Positions 12,564 through 27,089 of a DNA stretch of 64,000 nucleotides are shown in pieces. The position numbers and the translations under genes were made by a program. This DNA is from Octopus sinensis (taxonomy: Eukaryota). The notes beneath the pieces are model-generated. The model was not told where the DNA came from. It saw only the letters and a program-made list of their open reading frames with translations, and made no database searches. The DNA lies in NCBI RefSeq assembly GCF_006345805.1, contig NC_043004.1:92566001-92630000 (forward strand). The letters are read 5' to 3'. Each line of letters starts with the position of its first letter. The first letter of the stretch is position 1.

Positions 12564-12850
12564 ACTCCGGCGGTTACGACGACGGAGTTCTCAGTTGATA
12601 CGATCAACTGAAAAGCTTGTTCGTCAAATTAACATGCAAGGGACTGAACAGTCCTCAGACACGTGTACCCTTAACATAATTCACAGGGAGATCGGCGTGA
12701 CACAGGTACTACTCATTTTTGCCAGCTGAGTGGACTGGGGGAAAGTGAGATAAAGCGTCTAGCTCAAGGACACAACGTGTCGCCAGAAATTGAGCTCACG
12801 ACCTTACGATCGTGAACGGAATGCCATAACTACTAAGCCACGCGCCTTCA
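12564..12850 (-). mobile_element. SINE family B
   Basis: Reverse-complement homolog of 931-1250: head GAAGGCGCGTGGCTTAGTAGTTATGG...CACGATCGTAAGGTCGTGAGCTCAATTTCTGG, tail ...CGTCGTCGTAACCGCCGGAGT. Confidence 0.85.
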
Positions 12851-12853
12851 CCG

Positions 12854-12887
<34 letters not shown>

Positions 12888-12939
12888 GATACACAAATAT
12901 GTGTATATATGTGTGTATATAAGTGTATATATATTTCTA

Positions 12940-12975
<36 letters not shown>

Positions 12976-12977
12976 TA

Positions 12978-13095
12978 TCACGTGACCACGTGACGGCCAG
13001 ACCATCAGATGTTGTTACACATCGCTGGTCACAATGCGTTTGCATTGTTTTAGCCTTTGAATGACGCCACCCCGCTGGCTAAGCGAGCAGGCCAA
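12978..13095 (-). mobile_element. ~120 bp module (3' part of SINE family F) embedded in (TA)n
   Basis: Nearly identical to 29358-29474 and partly shared with 45654-45705. Confidence 0.8.
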
Positions 13096-13098
13096 TAT

Positions 13099-13136
<38 letters not shown>

Positions 13137-13743
13137 GCATATATGTATGTATGTATGTATGTAAGCATGCATGTATGTATGTATGTATGTATGCATGCAT
13201 GTATGTATGTATGTATGTATGTATGTATGTATGTATGTATGTATGTATGGATGGATGGATGGATGGATGGATTCATGCATGCATGTATTTATCCAAGTAC
13301 ATACGTATGCTTCTTAGTTCTCTTAAATTCCTACCTTACTAAAATATATAGACTTTCGCCATGTGTTGTTTGTGAGTCATCGTTGCATCACGTCTGCTCT
13401 AGCATTTGGAAAGGCTTTTGTTATACGCTGAACGTTATGCACTCCATGACATCTATTGAATTATGTTCATTCTTGTACTTTGTTGATGTTCTTTATACTT
13501 TGTTTTAGTTGTTTTTTCATCATATACTTTTTTATTCATTTTTTTTTTTTTACTTTTTATGTTCATCTCTTGAAATTTCTCAATAACGTCAGTAATAATG
13601 TTGTTTATTTATTTCATTTCTTTTTCGTTTATGATGTCGACGTACCTAACTTGCTGTCCTTTTCGGATTATTTTGTTATTTTTTGATGAATTGATTTTTT
13701 TTTTCTTTTTTACAATTTCAATTTCGCTATAGTTATTAATGTG

Positions 13744-13843
13744 NNNNNNNNNNNNNNNNNNNNNNNNNNNNNNNNNNNNNNNNNNNNNNNNNNNNNNNNN
13801 NNNNNNNNNNNNNNNNNNNNNNNNNNNNNNNNNNNNNNNNNNN
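13744..13843. other. Assembly gap (100 N)
   Basis: A run of exactly 100 N, typical of a scaffold-join placeholder, so contiguity across it is not guaranteed. Confidence 0.99.
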
Positions 13844-14140
13844 TTGTTATTTCAATAAACAGCGACACAGAGTCTTCTCGTTTATTGGAACTAATAAAAT
13901 GAAAAATCCACAACTTGAGAAGCTTCGATTATGATCTAAATATTGTTTTTATAACTGAATACTTTTCTTTTCCCCATTTTTACGCGCAAACTAAGAATAA
14001 ACACACAGACACATATACGCCCACACACGTACCACCACACATGCACACACAATCTATGAAATATATATGTGTGTGTTTATTTATGTATATATAATATATT
14101 TATATATATATATATACAACATATAATATATAATATATAT

Positions 14141-14184
<44 letters not shown>

Positions 14185-15016
14185 TATTATTATACAGAGA
14201 GAGAGTGAGGGAGAGAGAGTGGGGTGGTGAAGAGGCAGAAATGGTAGCGTGTTAAAATAAAATAGTTGCCAGTCATATCTCTTTATCTAAGTTAGAAGTT
14301 TCTATTATTGTGAGTGTTGTGCCAAAAGTTGGCAAGATTTCATGGCTCTTTAATATCACTTTTTGAAATTACGTCGGGGATCGGCTCTAACAAACTTGTC
14401 GTCATTTCGGGTTTGATTTTAAAATGTAACAGTTAACTACTTGAATTGATTTAATCATCTACAAGATCTATTCTTCTGTGCCAATTATTTTGAATCCTTA
14501 AGGATCGGGGAAATCGACTGTACACCTCCGCTGTCTATATAAAATATTACCGTTGTTATTGCTTCTTTCGTTTGTATAATCATAACTATCGTTGCTGTCA
14601 TCATTATTCATTTTGAATATAGATGTATGGAGGCTGAAAAATTCAGTACTTACGTAGAATATGTCTGCGGAATGTGTAAGAAAGTCTGAAAAAGCCTAAA
14701 AGTGTGAGCTGTGAAAGACAAAATACACCGAGTTGCTAAGACGAAAGGATTGGTATTTTAAATGGACGACATATTGGATGAAAATGTCCCGTAGTGTACT
14801 GGCAGGAGCTAAGGTATTTAGGCTGTTATAGACAGAATCCAAAAAGGAAATTGTGAAGTCTAGTGATTTTCGGAGAGGCGTTCTTTATATGCCCTTCTGC
14901 AAATCTGTCCTGTCCACTGCTAGACTTTGATAGGATAGCGTAATAAAGCGTATCTTAAACCGGTGATAAGAAGGAGGAGGAGGAAGAGGAGGAGGAGGAG
15001 GAAGAGGAGGGGGAGG

Positions 15017-15220
15017 AGGAGAGCTAGAGCGTCGAAAAAAATGCCTTGCATTTATTTCTTCTGGATCTTTACGTTCCGAGTTCAAATTTCGCCGAGTCAA
15101 CTTTACCTTTTATCCCTCCAAAGTTGATAAAATAAAGTACCAACCATGTACAGCGATAGATGGCATTGATTAACCTTTTCTTCTCACAAACTGTTGCATT
15201 GTGCCTAAATCAAAACCATT
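15017..15220 (+). mobile_element. SINE family A (diverged)
   Basis: TTACGTTCCGAGTTCAAATTTCGCCGAGTCAAC, GTTGATAAAATAAAGTACC, TTGTGCCTAAATCAAAACC-ATT. Confidence 0.75.
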
Positions 15221-15844
15221 ATTGTTGTTGTTGTTGTTGTTGCTGTTATTATTATTATTATGATATTATCATTATTATTATAATTGGTGTTGTGTGTTAT
15301 TATTATTATCATTACTGGATTAGCAGACAATTTTTAGATCGTCAAAAAATGTGCTTTGCGGTTGATTTTTGAGTTTAAATCTACCCGAAGTCAAATGGCT
15401 GTGTTCGTATGTGAGAAATAACTATTATTATTATTATATTTTTATTATTGTTTTTATTATTGATACTACTACCATATAATACTACTAATACTACTACTTC
15501 TACTATACTACTAATACTAGTATTATTTTATTATTGTTATTATTATTATTATTATGTTATTATCATTATTACTTTTGGATTGCATGTACCGCATTCCTGG
15601 CCATATTACTTAAGGATTCTTCCCTCCAAATCTTGTTTTGTTCGCTGTAAATTTGCTGTAAATAAAAATAAGCCAATACTCTCATTTGATGAGAGATGAA
15701 ACTAAACATAAAGTTACTTTCCTTTCTAAATAAAACATTGCAAAATAAAGCATGATAAATATTACAACCAGCTGATGAGATGAAGATATGAAGGAAAACC
15801 GCCGACTAAAAAAGAGCTGAATTTGATATCAGTGATGAAGATGC

Positions 15845-16023
15845 TGACGGTGATGATGATGATGATGGACGATGATGATGATGATGATGATGATGACGAT
15901 GACGATGATAATGATGACGGTGATGAGATGATGATGATGATGATGTGATGTGATGATGATGATGATGATGATGATGATGTGATGATGATGATGATGATGA
16001 TGAGATGATGATGATGATGTGAT

Positions 16024-16077
<54 letters not shown>

Positions 16078-16105
16078 CGACGACGACGACGATGATGATG
16101 ACGGT
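15845..16105. repeat. (GAT)n microsatellite with (GAC)n blocks
   Basis: Direct reading. It generates the spurious poly-I/S/H/M ORFs. Confidence 0.95.
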
Positions 16106-16341
16106 ATCTCCTGCGGTAACGATCAAGTCACGTATGCGTATCAGCAGTTCACTCGTAGTTTTCTGTAAAGGAGTCTCATCAAGGTCATACGTGAGTTGTT
16201 CCGATTAACGTTGACTAATGCTTTAAATTAACTTCTTTCTTTCCTAAACAAGCACACATACGCACTCACAAATCACACAGACACGCTTGTTTTGCATACA
16301 TACATATATGTACGTATGCGTCAGGCATACATACACACCCG

Positions 16342-16397
<56 letters not shown>

Positions 16398-17312
16398 GTA
16401 TATATAGATATAGTATATAGTATATATAGTATATATGTAATATATATATATATATATATATATTAATATATATGTGGGTGTGTGTGTGGTGTGTGTGGTG
16501 TGGTGTGTGTATATATATATATATATATAAGATAAAAGACTCCATATAAAATTATATTTTATTTACAAAAAGAAAACGGTTACATGATACAACTGATTTC
16601 TTTATCAAGAAAAACCACGTCTAAAACAGCATTCTATGGCATTAGTTTGTAATGGATTCAACAGACCCGGTACTTGATCGCAGATATCATACACAAATGA
16701 GTAATAAAAACAACCCATGAATAATTAGAAGACTGGAGCACAAAAGAGAAGAGATAATGAAAGAAAAGGAACAAAGAAAGGTAAAAATAAGGCAAATGCG
16801 TTCTCGGTTTCCTAGTTGAGTAGCATACAAAAGAACTTTAAAAATTCATTCTGGAATCCATTTAAGGCAAAAATTTGAATGCGCACAAGCACATGCGCAT
16901 TTGTATTCGAGTGTATGTGTGTGTATGTGTGCGTACTGGTTTCAACGAACCAGCGAAATGATACGCAGAAACATACCAGTATGTGTTAATATCTCTCAGT
17001 TGAGCATGTTGAGCTCGAAGTCTGTTTCTCTGGATTTATATATATACAGTTATAAACAGGTACACATTTTTTTACCTGTCATTGAATACCATGAGTATGT
17101 TTGTGTGTGTATATATATATATATATAGTTCACAGATGAGATTCGGATATTCTCTGTATAGAAGACACTTTGTAGTGCTGCTTCTATATAATATATGTGT
17201 GTGTATACATGTATGTATTTATATATATATATATACATATATGTATGTAATATATATATACATATATATTATTTTATATATATATATGTATATATTAGAT
17301 ATTATATATATA

Positions 17313-17369
<57 letters not shown>

Positions 17370-17545
17370 ATATATAGTATATACGAATATCTTTACACAT
17401 ACACAGGGACAGCATCAATTTTCGAGAACTTTGGTCCAAAGACGTTCCAGATTACAGATTTTCCAAACTGGCAATGGTCACCTTTGTCAACATTCTAAAC
17501 TAAACAAATATTAAATTTACTTAAATAATCCAATGAATTACAAGT

Positions 17546-17949
17546 ACTCTTTTACTCTTTACTCTTTTACTTGTTTCAGTCATTTGACTGCGGCCATGCT
17601 GGAGCACCGCCTTTAATCGAGCAACTCGACCCCGGGACTTATTCTTTGTAAGCCCAGTACTTATTCTATCGGTCTCTTTTGCCGAACCGCTAAGTGATGG
17701 GGACATAAACACACCAGCATCAATTGTCAAGCAATGCTAGGGGGATAAACACAGACACACAAACATACACGCACCCATATATATATATATACATATATAC
17801 GACGGGCTTCTTTCAGTTTTCCGTCTACCAAATCCACTCACAAGGCTATAGTAGAAGACACTTGCCCAAGGTGCCACGCAGTGGGACTGAACCAGGAACC
17901 ATGTGGTTGGTAAACAAGCTACTTACCACACAGCCACTCCTGCGCCTAT
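17546..17949 (-). mobile_element. tRNA-derived SINE, family D, full length with internal microsatellite
   Basis: Minus-strand head AGGCGCAGGAGTGGCTGTGTGGTAAGTAGCTTG...GGTTCCTGGTTCAGTCCCACTGCGTGGCACCTTGGGCAAGTGTCTTC; tail GGCGGTGCTCCAGCATGGCCGCAGTCAAATGACTGAAACAAG(TAAAAGAG)n. Confidence 0.88.
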
Positions 17950-18514
17950 GCATAAGTATAAATACAAGTTTTAATACCTTACTGTGCAAGATACTAATCT
18001 GTACCAAACAACAGTAAACAAGTCTGATGACTACAGGAATTTCTGCTCGTAATTAATGGGAATTATAAGAGGTTCCAGACCTTCATTGTCCAGAGAATCG
18101 GTATTCTACCTGTATTTCTGAGCTGCAGGTATAAGCGAGTTGTAGAGAGGTATGATTGTGTAGACATAAAACCCCGAGTACGTCTTATCAGGTTGCATTT
18201 TATGCAGTTCTCAGTAGCTTCCGTTGGAACTGAGCCTTGGAAATGAAACGGACTTAACAAGAACTTTATCCAAGTCCGAAGAAAGAAACCTATCCACAGT
18301 TCAAAGGAACGACTTCTTTTCTTCACTATGTGACGCTGCTTCATCACGTTAAGCTATACGTATGTACGGAATACGCGGTCATGTCGTTAACAATTCATTG
18401 AAATGACAGTTCAGCCAAGTGAACGAATGGACTATTCACCACGAAAATCGACTAACAACCTATTTACATTATGTGAGCATGAATTGTATATGTAGCTATA
18501 TATATATATATATA

Positions 18515-18679
18515 TAACGCGAATTTTTTACGAAAATAAACGAAAGACGAAGGCAGGTGGAGTACAAACAAACAGATGTATTAGTATGGCGCTCAGGAAT
18601 AGAAATAGAAAAAAGTCTTTTACGTTTCGAGCCAACGCTCTTCGACAGAAAGATACACAGAAAGAAAAAACAAGGAGAG

Positions 18680-18680
<1 letters not shown>
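18515..18680 (-). mobile_element. Penelope-like pLTR-type short element (family P1) with hammerhead-like fold
   Basis: Minus strand 18653-18616: TCTTT-CTGTCGA-A-GAGC-GTTG-GCTC-GAAA-CGTA-AAAGA. The 3' end abuts (TA)n. Confidence 0.65.
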
Positions 18681-18712
<32 letters not shown>

Positions 18713-18858
18713 TACGTACATACATACAAATACATACATACATATATATAAATATAAATATATATATACATTTATCTGTATATATGTGTATATAGGTATG
18801 TATTCATGCATGTATATGTATATATATATATAGTATATATATATTGATATGTATATAG

Positions 18859-18890
<32 letters not shown>

Positions 18891-18911
18891 ACATATATAT
18901 ATATATATGTA

Positions 18912-18973
<62 letters not shown>

Positions 18974-19001
18974 GTATGTATGCATGTGTGTGCGTGTGGG
19001 A

Positions 19002-19035
<34 letters not shown>

Positions 19036-20219
19036 TGTGTGTGTGTACGTATGCATGTAGTGTGCGTGTGGGAATGTATATATATATATATTGCATAAAA
19101 TATTACGCTACAGCAAATCATAAATGCTAACATGACAGTTTGAAGTCATATAGAGGTGGAATTTATAAAAAGAAAATAGTGGTGCGGGTGCGAGACAACA
19201 TGGAAATAGAAGCCAGACGACAAAGAATCGGGTGTCAGAAAGTTTATTAACAGAAGCCAACCGTAGTATTTAAAGAAATGGTTTTCATAGACTATTATAT
19301 CAGAAATTTGAGAGTATAACATGTGAAGTTAAAATGAGAGAAGTAGACAACATAGGATAGAAAATAAAAAAGATTAAAGGCTAAAGTAACTAAACATAGA
19401 ATAGAGAAATGGAAGTAAGAAACGAGAGGCACAGAAATCAACGAAGAGTAAAGCAGAAGTCAGAGATTATAGGAGCGGAATTCAGAGATTATAAAAATAG
19501 AAGACATATATAATAGAGAAGCGAAGACAGAAAGTAGAGAAGCAGAAGTCATATAATAGAAAGTGGAATTCAATAACCGTAAATATATACAAAGCCACTA
19601 TATGCTGACGTGTAGGCAATACCCATTCCTGGTGAAACTGAAAGTTAAGCAAGGATTGAAATGCTCTCTCCAATTCAGAGACAACAGTTATTGTTTGACT
19701 TAATGCGTTGAGTGTTGGTGTTTAGTCCAAGATTAGCCTTGACTGATCATGTGATTATAGATATTCCAGCCATATGAATGATGACGCTATTTAATGTATA
19801 AATGTGTTCCTTCCATTTTTAAGACAGTAAGATACGATTTATCGGAATTTGTCAGCAAGTTTTAGCAGATAGGGGAACTTCATAACGTTTCCATTGTTTG
19901 AGGTGTCAACTAAGAACCACGCGTTCGATTCCTGACGTGGGTACTCTCAATGTTGATTCTACATGTTTTTAGTAGCCTCGAAAGTGGGATAGCAATGCTG
20001 ATTATCCGAGATTGCAACAGCTTGAATATATTGTCCTATGGCTGTATGGAGCTGAAAGATCTTATCGCAGAATAAGGAATAGACGAAAACAAAAATATAA
20101 CATCAAAGCCAAGTGATGAAAGAAAAACAAATGGAAAATATAAAATGAAACATGTCTTTGTCCGTATTCGTACCTGTGCTTATATTTACTGATGTAACAC
20201 TGGTGGTGTAACAAAAAAG

Positions 20220-20345
20220 TCTAAAGTAGCCGGTAGATTAGGTATAAATCGACAAATAACTAAGATACTAAAATAAGTACTGGGTCGAAGTGATCAAGTA
20301 AAACCCTTGAAAGCAGTGACCCAGTATCGAAGTAATACTGAAAAT
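20220..20345 (+). mobile_element. SINE family D 3' fragment (degenerate)
   Basis: AATAAGTACTGGGTCGAAGTGATCAAGTAAAACCCTTGAAAGCAGTGACCCAGTAT resembles the family D 3' half. Confidence 0.45.
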
Positions 20346-21019
20346 TCACACGCACGCACACACACACACTCACACACACACATACATATATACATATATA
20401 CATACATATAAATATACTCACCCACATACATATACATATATATTATATCATTTTATATATATTAGAGAGGGGGCAGACACAGACAGATGGTGGAGTGCGA
20501 GAATTGACCTTAAGCTGCAGTTTAATCGATCATTGGTTTATGATGTATGCTATGCACAAGTCTACTCCTCTTTAAGTGGATGGATGAGTGTAGGGGGATA
20601 AAGTCTGATTCTAAATCGGATAATCCTTTTCTTTAGACATTGCACTTTCAGCTGAAGCTTTTAATAGTCAAAGTAATTATCGTCTTGCTTGCTCTTCAGA
20701 AGTGTGTATAAATAGCTTCGTATTATATATAATTATGGATCTACCGAAATAATTTATAAATTTATTGACGCTAAAAGAAAAAGCATTTTGTCATTTTTCA
20801 TTGCCAACCGTGAGATCGATAATTCTCATATATAATGGCTATATCACTGTCGACACGAACTCAAAAACTACTGATCATAACAGTAATTCAAGACAAAGGC
20901 ACAAGACCTCCGTCTTGATGTAAAATCGACTGATTCGACCCCAGTATTCAACTGGTACTTTCATTTAATAATTTTTCTAAGATAGGCATAAGTTTAAACA
21001 TGAACATGTAGAGAACCGT

Positions 21020-21445
21020 ACTTACTTGTACTTGTACTTGTGGCGACATTCACCCTGGGCGAGTTGAGTCGGCTTCTTCTACCACCTTCGAAGCATCTCG
21101 AACCATGGCAGCCCACGCACGACGGTCCTGCCCCCAGTTCACTGGAGATAGCATGCCAGTCACGGTTCCATCGGCGCAGGCTGACCACCTGCAGTTTCGT
21201 GACCACGGAGAGGTCTTCCTTGATCGTCGTAACCCAGGTCTTCAGCTGCTCGCCCGCGCGTTTCAGCCAGTTGGGAAGTGGAGTTAGGAGAAGGACATCA
21301 CGGCTCAGTTCACCCACCGGACACCTACGTGCATGGTCAAACCACCGCAAGCGACATTGCAGAAGGACAGATGGAAGGGGCCGCAGAGACAGGCGAAGTC
21401 AGAGATTGGCGGCGAAGAATGCACCGGAGGCAGTCATTGTCGAAG
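21020..21445 (-). mobile_element. 5'-truncated RTE-clade LINE 3' end with (CAAGTA)n tail
   Basis: Translation FDNDCLRCILRR...RWFDHARR...LLLTPLPNWLKRAGEQLKTWVTTIKEDL...RRWNRDW; tail CAAGTACAAGTACAAGTAAGT; candidate 5 bp TSD ACCGT (21015-19, 21446-50). Confidence 0.85.
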
Positions 21446-21799
21446 ACCGTGGGTTAAATCGACTCCAGTATTTTACTACCACAACAGACTTTTGATTAGA
21501 TTTGAAATCAAAAGACCTAAGGAGAATAGAAATATTTGATTCCATTCTCTACAGTCCTTGTAGGACTATTACTAATAATCCTTATTCAGAACGTAAAGCG
21601 GAAGAAATATCGCTAAGCATTTTTTCTGGTGTGCTGAAGATTCTACTAGCTTACAGCCTTCTAATAATAATAATAATAATAATAATAAAATAATAAATAA
21701 TAATAATAATAATAATAATAGTCTTCACTTTTGTCCAGTCAATAATTTTCCCTTTACCTCTATATTTTTCATCTTCGTTGGTGTTATGAGATGTTTTCA

Positions 21800-21980
21800 G
21801 TATTAGGTATGCTATATTTAATTACCTTCCTTTACGTTCTGCGTTTGAATCCTGCTACGGTTGACTTTGCTTTCATCCTTTGGGGTTCAATAAAATAAAG
21901 TACCAGTCAAGTAGTGGACTTGATATAATCGACTGTTCCCTCCCAGTAAACTTTTGATCTTGCGTCCATGTTAATAATCG
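21800..21980 (+). mobile_element. SINE family A (diverged)
   Basis: TTACGTTCTGCGTTTGAATCC...GACTTTGCTTTCATCCTTTGGGGTTCAATAAAATAAAGTACCAG. Confidence 0.75.
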
Positions 21981-22128
21981 TTATTACATTCTTAGTTCCA
22001 AATTCCACCGTAACTACTTTTACCTTAACTTTTTCTGGTATCTGTAAAGCAAATGCCAGTGAAACAGTTATTTACATATGTACCTATGTTAGAAATCTGT
22101 ATTAAAAACTATTATTACCGCTTTGTAA

Positions 22129-22355
22129 AAGGCAGCGAGCTGTCAGAATCGTTAGTTCACAAGACAAAATTCTCCGTCTTTCATTTCATCCGTCTTTACG
22201 TTCTTAGTTCAAATTCCACCGATGTCGACTTTGCTTTTCATCATTTCCGGGTCCATAAAATATGTCTCAGTCAAGTCTTGTGGGGTCGATGTAATCGATT
22301 ACCCCCTCACCCCCGCCCAAAATTTCATGCCTTGTACATATAGGTAGAAAGGAGT
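22129..22355 (+). mobile_element. SINE family A, short tail
   Basis: AAGGCAGCGAGCTGTCAGAATCGTTAG head through GCCTTGTACATATAGGTAGAAAGG. Confidence 0.85.
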
Positions 22356-22659
22356 ATAACAAAAACTATTAATAAATTGATAATGATAATGCTGTTGCTA
22401 TTACTGACAAGCACAGATAATGACATCAATGTCATCTTCATCATCATCATCATCATCATCATCGTCGTCGTATCTGTCGTCATTGTGATTTATTCACAGC
22501 AAACCCTCATTTGCATATTCCACTCGCCATTTTATCCCCATTCTCAGCACCCTAATAAAATATTGCCCGTCAATGGAGAGCCCACGCAGTCATTGACGAT
22601 ATACAACGCATACATGCACACATATAAATATAATATATATATATTATATATATAAATAT

Positions 22660-22712
<53 letters not shown>

Positions 22713-22939
22713 AAAAGAGCATACAGCATACTAAAGCATTTATATTCGTTCTTTACTTTCTATTCCGCATAATGATTAACTGTCAAGACAGACTTGCCTT
22801 CATTTTTTGTTTGTTTGAGAGTATATACAATAAGTACCAGTTATTTACTAGCGTTTAGAACAAGGATATATCAACATCATTGTGTAGACATATGAAATAA
22901 AAGGAACGATCCCAAATTTGAACAGAATCTTTAATTTAT

Positions 22940-23040
22940 GTAAGAATCAGATTTATAGATTTTTGATGAGGTGGCATGGCTTCGAAACGTCAATAAAGTA
23001 TACATAGTTATAAAAGACACCAAAACATATGCATAAACAA
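22940..23040 (+). mobile_element. Degenerate pLTR-like remnant with hammerhead-like core
   Basis: TTGATGA-GGTGGCATGGCTTC-GAAA-CGTC-AATAAAG, next to (GATA)n. Confidence 0.4.
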
Positions 23041-23051
23041 ACAAACAGATT

Positions 23052-23155
<104 letters not shown>

Positions 23156-23744
23156 TACAAGTGTGTTCAACATAATCCATAGTAATAATTTTAACGTAAA
23201 GAAAAGAGAACGAAAGAAGGATGGAGTATACAAATACAGGATGAAGTATATAAATACACTGAACTAAATGGGGTTTTGCATTTGCTTGTATACAAATATT
23301 TTTTTAATTGAAATAAGTCTCTAAGTATACATACATGCTCATACACACCAGCATACACACAGACACATATATAATTTGGAAACAGAGAAAGGGAGATCTT
23401 CGTTAGCGGAAAAAATGATTACTCGACATAATTATAAGCTGCTAATCTCTTCGTGAAGAGAAGATGAACTTTTTTTCCTCTGCTGGAGATCTAACAAGAC
23501 TATAAACTATCCGAACCGATCATATTTGTCCTACTCAAGAGAAGTCAGTCTTTGTGATGCAACCATTATGTTTTAGCTATCACACGGCGAAGAGTGTATA
23601 TTTCCTAAAGAAACATAGATTGAACTGACAAATGGTTTAAACATTAAAAAAAAACATTCTACTTAGATAAATATTAATCCACGTTGTCAGTACATGCACT
23701 GTTATGCAAGTTAGACTGTGCAGTTTAGGTGAGGCCCATGTTTA

Positions 23745-23920
23745 TCTATTATATAAAACCCGTTCTGTCTGTCTGTATGTGTGTTTTCTATGATCTCGGG
23801 CATCCTCCAACTGATTGCGCTCAAATTTGATATGTAGATACCGACGTTATCAGGGCATGTATAAGTCTTGAAAAATTACAAAAATCCATTCCAGGTGAGA
23901 ATGCGATCGATAAAGCCGTG
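23745..23920 (+). mobile_element. Probable non-autonomous Helitron 5' fragment
   Basis: Starts A|TCTATTATATAAAACC followed by (CTGT)n, the usual 5' signature of metazoan non-autonomous Helitrons. No clear hairpin-CTAG 3' end was found. Confidence 0.4.
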
Positions 23921-25151
23921 GTCTTTGGAATAGAAAAAAGTCTAACTTTATTTCTTCTTTTGCTGGTGTCTCAAATTTAGGTTAAATCAGTGTTTCTCAA
24001 AGGGGAGGCCTATGAGACGGTCGGACAAGTTGTTTTGAGAAAATTTGGTTTAAACGTTTGACAAATCAGCACCGTCCATTGGACGGGGGCGGCGTTTTGC
24101 TCGTATACACTATAAACAGCTATTGCTACTAATGTAATCTATTTTTGTATAGCTTACGTTTCAAATGATCCAGAAAACCCTTATGTTAATGAGTGTGTGT
24201 GTGTGCATGTTCTTATGTTCGTGGTTGTGTGTTGCCACTTATACCATCGAAATGGCTTTCTTTTTGTTATGTCGCACGTTCGGATGACCTCTACTCAACT
24301 CTTCTCGACGTCTAGACTTCTCCCTCTATATCTACGTATTGGGCTAGCCTACTTCATCGTCTAGGGTCGTCCACACAACACTTTTCCATTTTCCAACTTT
24401 CGATACTTTTTCTACATTCTCCAATTAATAATTATTTATTATTCTTTCAGCACTCCGCCAAATATCTGTTAACTATAACCGACATCTAGTATTCCATATT
24501 CAGGATACTTAGATAATTATTTCCTTTCGCACATACATTGTTAATTTAATTATTCAAATATTATGGAAATTTAACCATTATAGCTAGGTGAATTTTATCG
24601 TCTCTAGAAATCTTCAATATATTTTTATATATATTATATACTAATTGAACTCTGCCAAGGGATATGAAAAACTTACAAGTATTCGCCTCCTACAGGTGTG
24701 CAATATTTTTTCCCTACTGAAAGTCTAACACTAAGAAATTTCAAAATATTTATATATAATTTTATGCTAATTGAATTCTGCTCCTTAATTTATAGCTAAA
24801 CATTTTACACAAAATTATTATAACTAACGAAACTCTTCCTTTAACTCTATGAAAACTTAGACGTAGCCACATTATTTTTCTTGCTGCTATAGATAATATA
24901 AACATTGTATATCACGTGATATGAATAATCATTAGATATTTATATAATTGCATTAATGTCCGACTGTCTTTTCTTGTAGGATATTTTAAATATGAATATG
25001 AAATATAACCTCTAAACTATTTTCTCTTTCAACTGCATTTCAAAGACGTTGATTTAATTTCGAATTAATTTTACTTACGGATAATATAAAGAAATGTTGG
25101 TAAAATGCACTGCCCACTGAGTTAGCCCGTTCCACACTACCCTCTTTCTTC

Positions 25152-25209
<58 letters not shown>

Positions 25210-25801
25210 ACTCGCTCGCTCGCTCGATTTCACTCATATCATCACCCGAATTAAAGCTATCCTTTTCCACACCAGTCCGCGTACAACATGAAATGTCTCG
25301 CATACATTCCTGTTTAATTCGTTTTTCTTTTGTTTTCTTTTATGTATGTTTTATCATGCTTCTAATACTGAACCGTAAATATTTACTCTTTCGTTGATCA
25401 TCCATTTTCGAGCGGGGAAACATGTCATAACACGTAAGAAATTGTTTTGTTTCATATATATATATATATATATACATACATAGATACATATATATATATA
25501 TATATATAAAACAAGTGAAACACAGAAGATGGAATATACGAGAATATATTATTAATCACAACAATTGTTTCGGCACATCTAGCATCGACTCCTCTTGTGG
25601 GACACACAAAAACTGGTTCAGGAGTATCCGCTGGTGCAGACCTGTCTCGTCGGGTGATAAATAAATATAAAATCTCGCTAAAATGACTGTTCCATGATGC
25701 AATTTTCCGTTTTGTAGAGAGAAAAACATATATATAAGCACCCACACATACATGCATAAATACACATGTATTTATATATATATGTTTTTGCATATATATA
25801 C

Positions 25802-25835
<34 letters not shown>

Positions 25836-26076
25836 GCATATATACATATATATATATATATACATATATATATATGCGTTTGTATCTATTTATATAAATG
25901 TATGTGTAAGGGTGAGTATGTGCATAAATGTAGGAATCTATGTATGCATGAAGTCATCTAGCAAATTGAGAATGAGCATGCAGTGGCAAACATTGCTTAT
26001 GGTTAAATGTGATCAATTATACATTATCAGTTATTTTTATGGTTGTTATTTATTTATTAATATTATCACTATTAAT

Positions 26077-26295
26077 AAGGCAGCGAGCAAGTAGGATCGT
26101 TAGCATGCCAGACAAAATGCTTATCGGCATTCAGTCCCTCTTAACGTTCTGAGTTCAAATGCCACCGGGGTCGACTTTACCTTTCATCTTTTTGGGGTCG
26201 ATAAAATAAATGACGGAGTTGGGCACTGGTGTTGATATAATCGATTTGCACTCTTCCCCACAACTGCTGGCTTTGTGCCAAATTTTGAAACGAAT
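26077..26295 (+). mobile_element. SINE family A, short tail
   Basis: AAGGCAGCGAGC head, GAGTTCAAATGCCACCGGGGTCGAC, TTTGGGGTCGATAAAATAA, GCTTTGTGCCAAATTTTGAAAC. Confidence 0.85.
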
Positions 26296-27043
26296 ATAAT
26301 GAATGTTAATTCTTATTATTACTAGCAATAGTTTGAGAATTACCTTAAGTATTTTCTATTTTGAATACGAATTGGGTACATCTTGAAGACCTCGCATAGT
26401 AATGTTCAATGTTACCATTGATGCTAATGGTTAAACACCAAGGCTAACAAGTATGTTAGATGTAAAAACAATTTGTTTAAGATTTAAAAGGTGGCCACGG
26501 TTAACAATCGTTGTGTGAGAATGAGTTAACAATATTTATGCATAGCAATGTTGCTATTTTAGGTAACATGGCTTTTTCTCAAAAATATTCAAGGAAATTT
26601 ATCGACAGTAGCGGTGCGTGGCATACGATCCAATGAAAAATGATGTGTGAAGTGTATACCTTTGATCCTGATCAAATTCTTTCCCTATTAGACTATCAGC
26701 TCAAGATGTAACGCAAAATATAAAGTATATATTGTGGAGTAAATCTAATTCGAAAGAAATAAAACGATTTGATAACTTTTAAAAGCAAAATTACGCCTGC
26801 TGTATGTTGTTATGTATTTTTAGTGATATTTTATATTAGTCAAACTATAACGGAAGCTCCAATAGAGGTGTGACAGGTTATCAAAGAGTTACTTTTGCTG
26901 AATGATGTATTTTATATATGTCAACAAGAGTTTAACAGAAATATGACTACCAATAGGAGAACAAAACACATTGTTCCCCAACTTAACGTAATGAGAATGA
27001 TATATATATATATGTATATCTATATATATGTATATATATATAG

Positions 27044-27083
<40 letters not shown>

Positions 27084-27089
27084 ATATAT

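Noticed and set aside
15772-15810. CTGATGA...GAAA spacing (also isolated CTGATGA at ~18024 and ~57115)
   Set aside because: No stem II or stem I pairing, so these are chance matches.
18030-18360. GC-elevated segment with a 94 aa minus ORF
   Set aside because: No motif on either strand and poor splice context.
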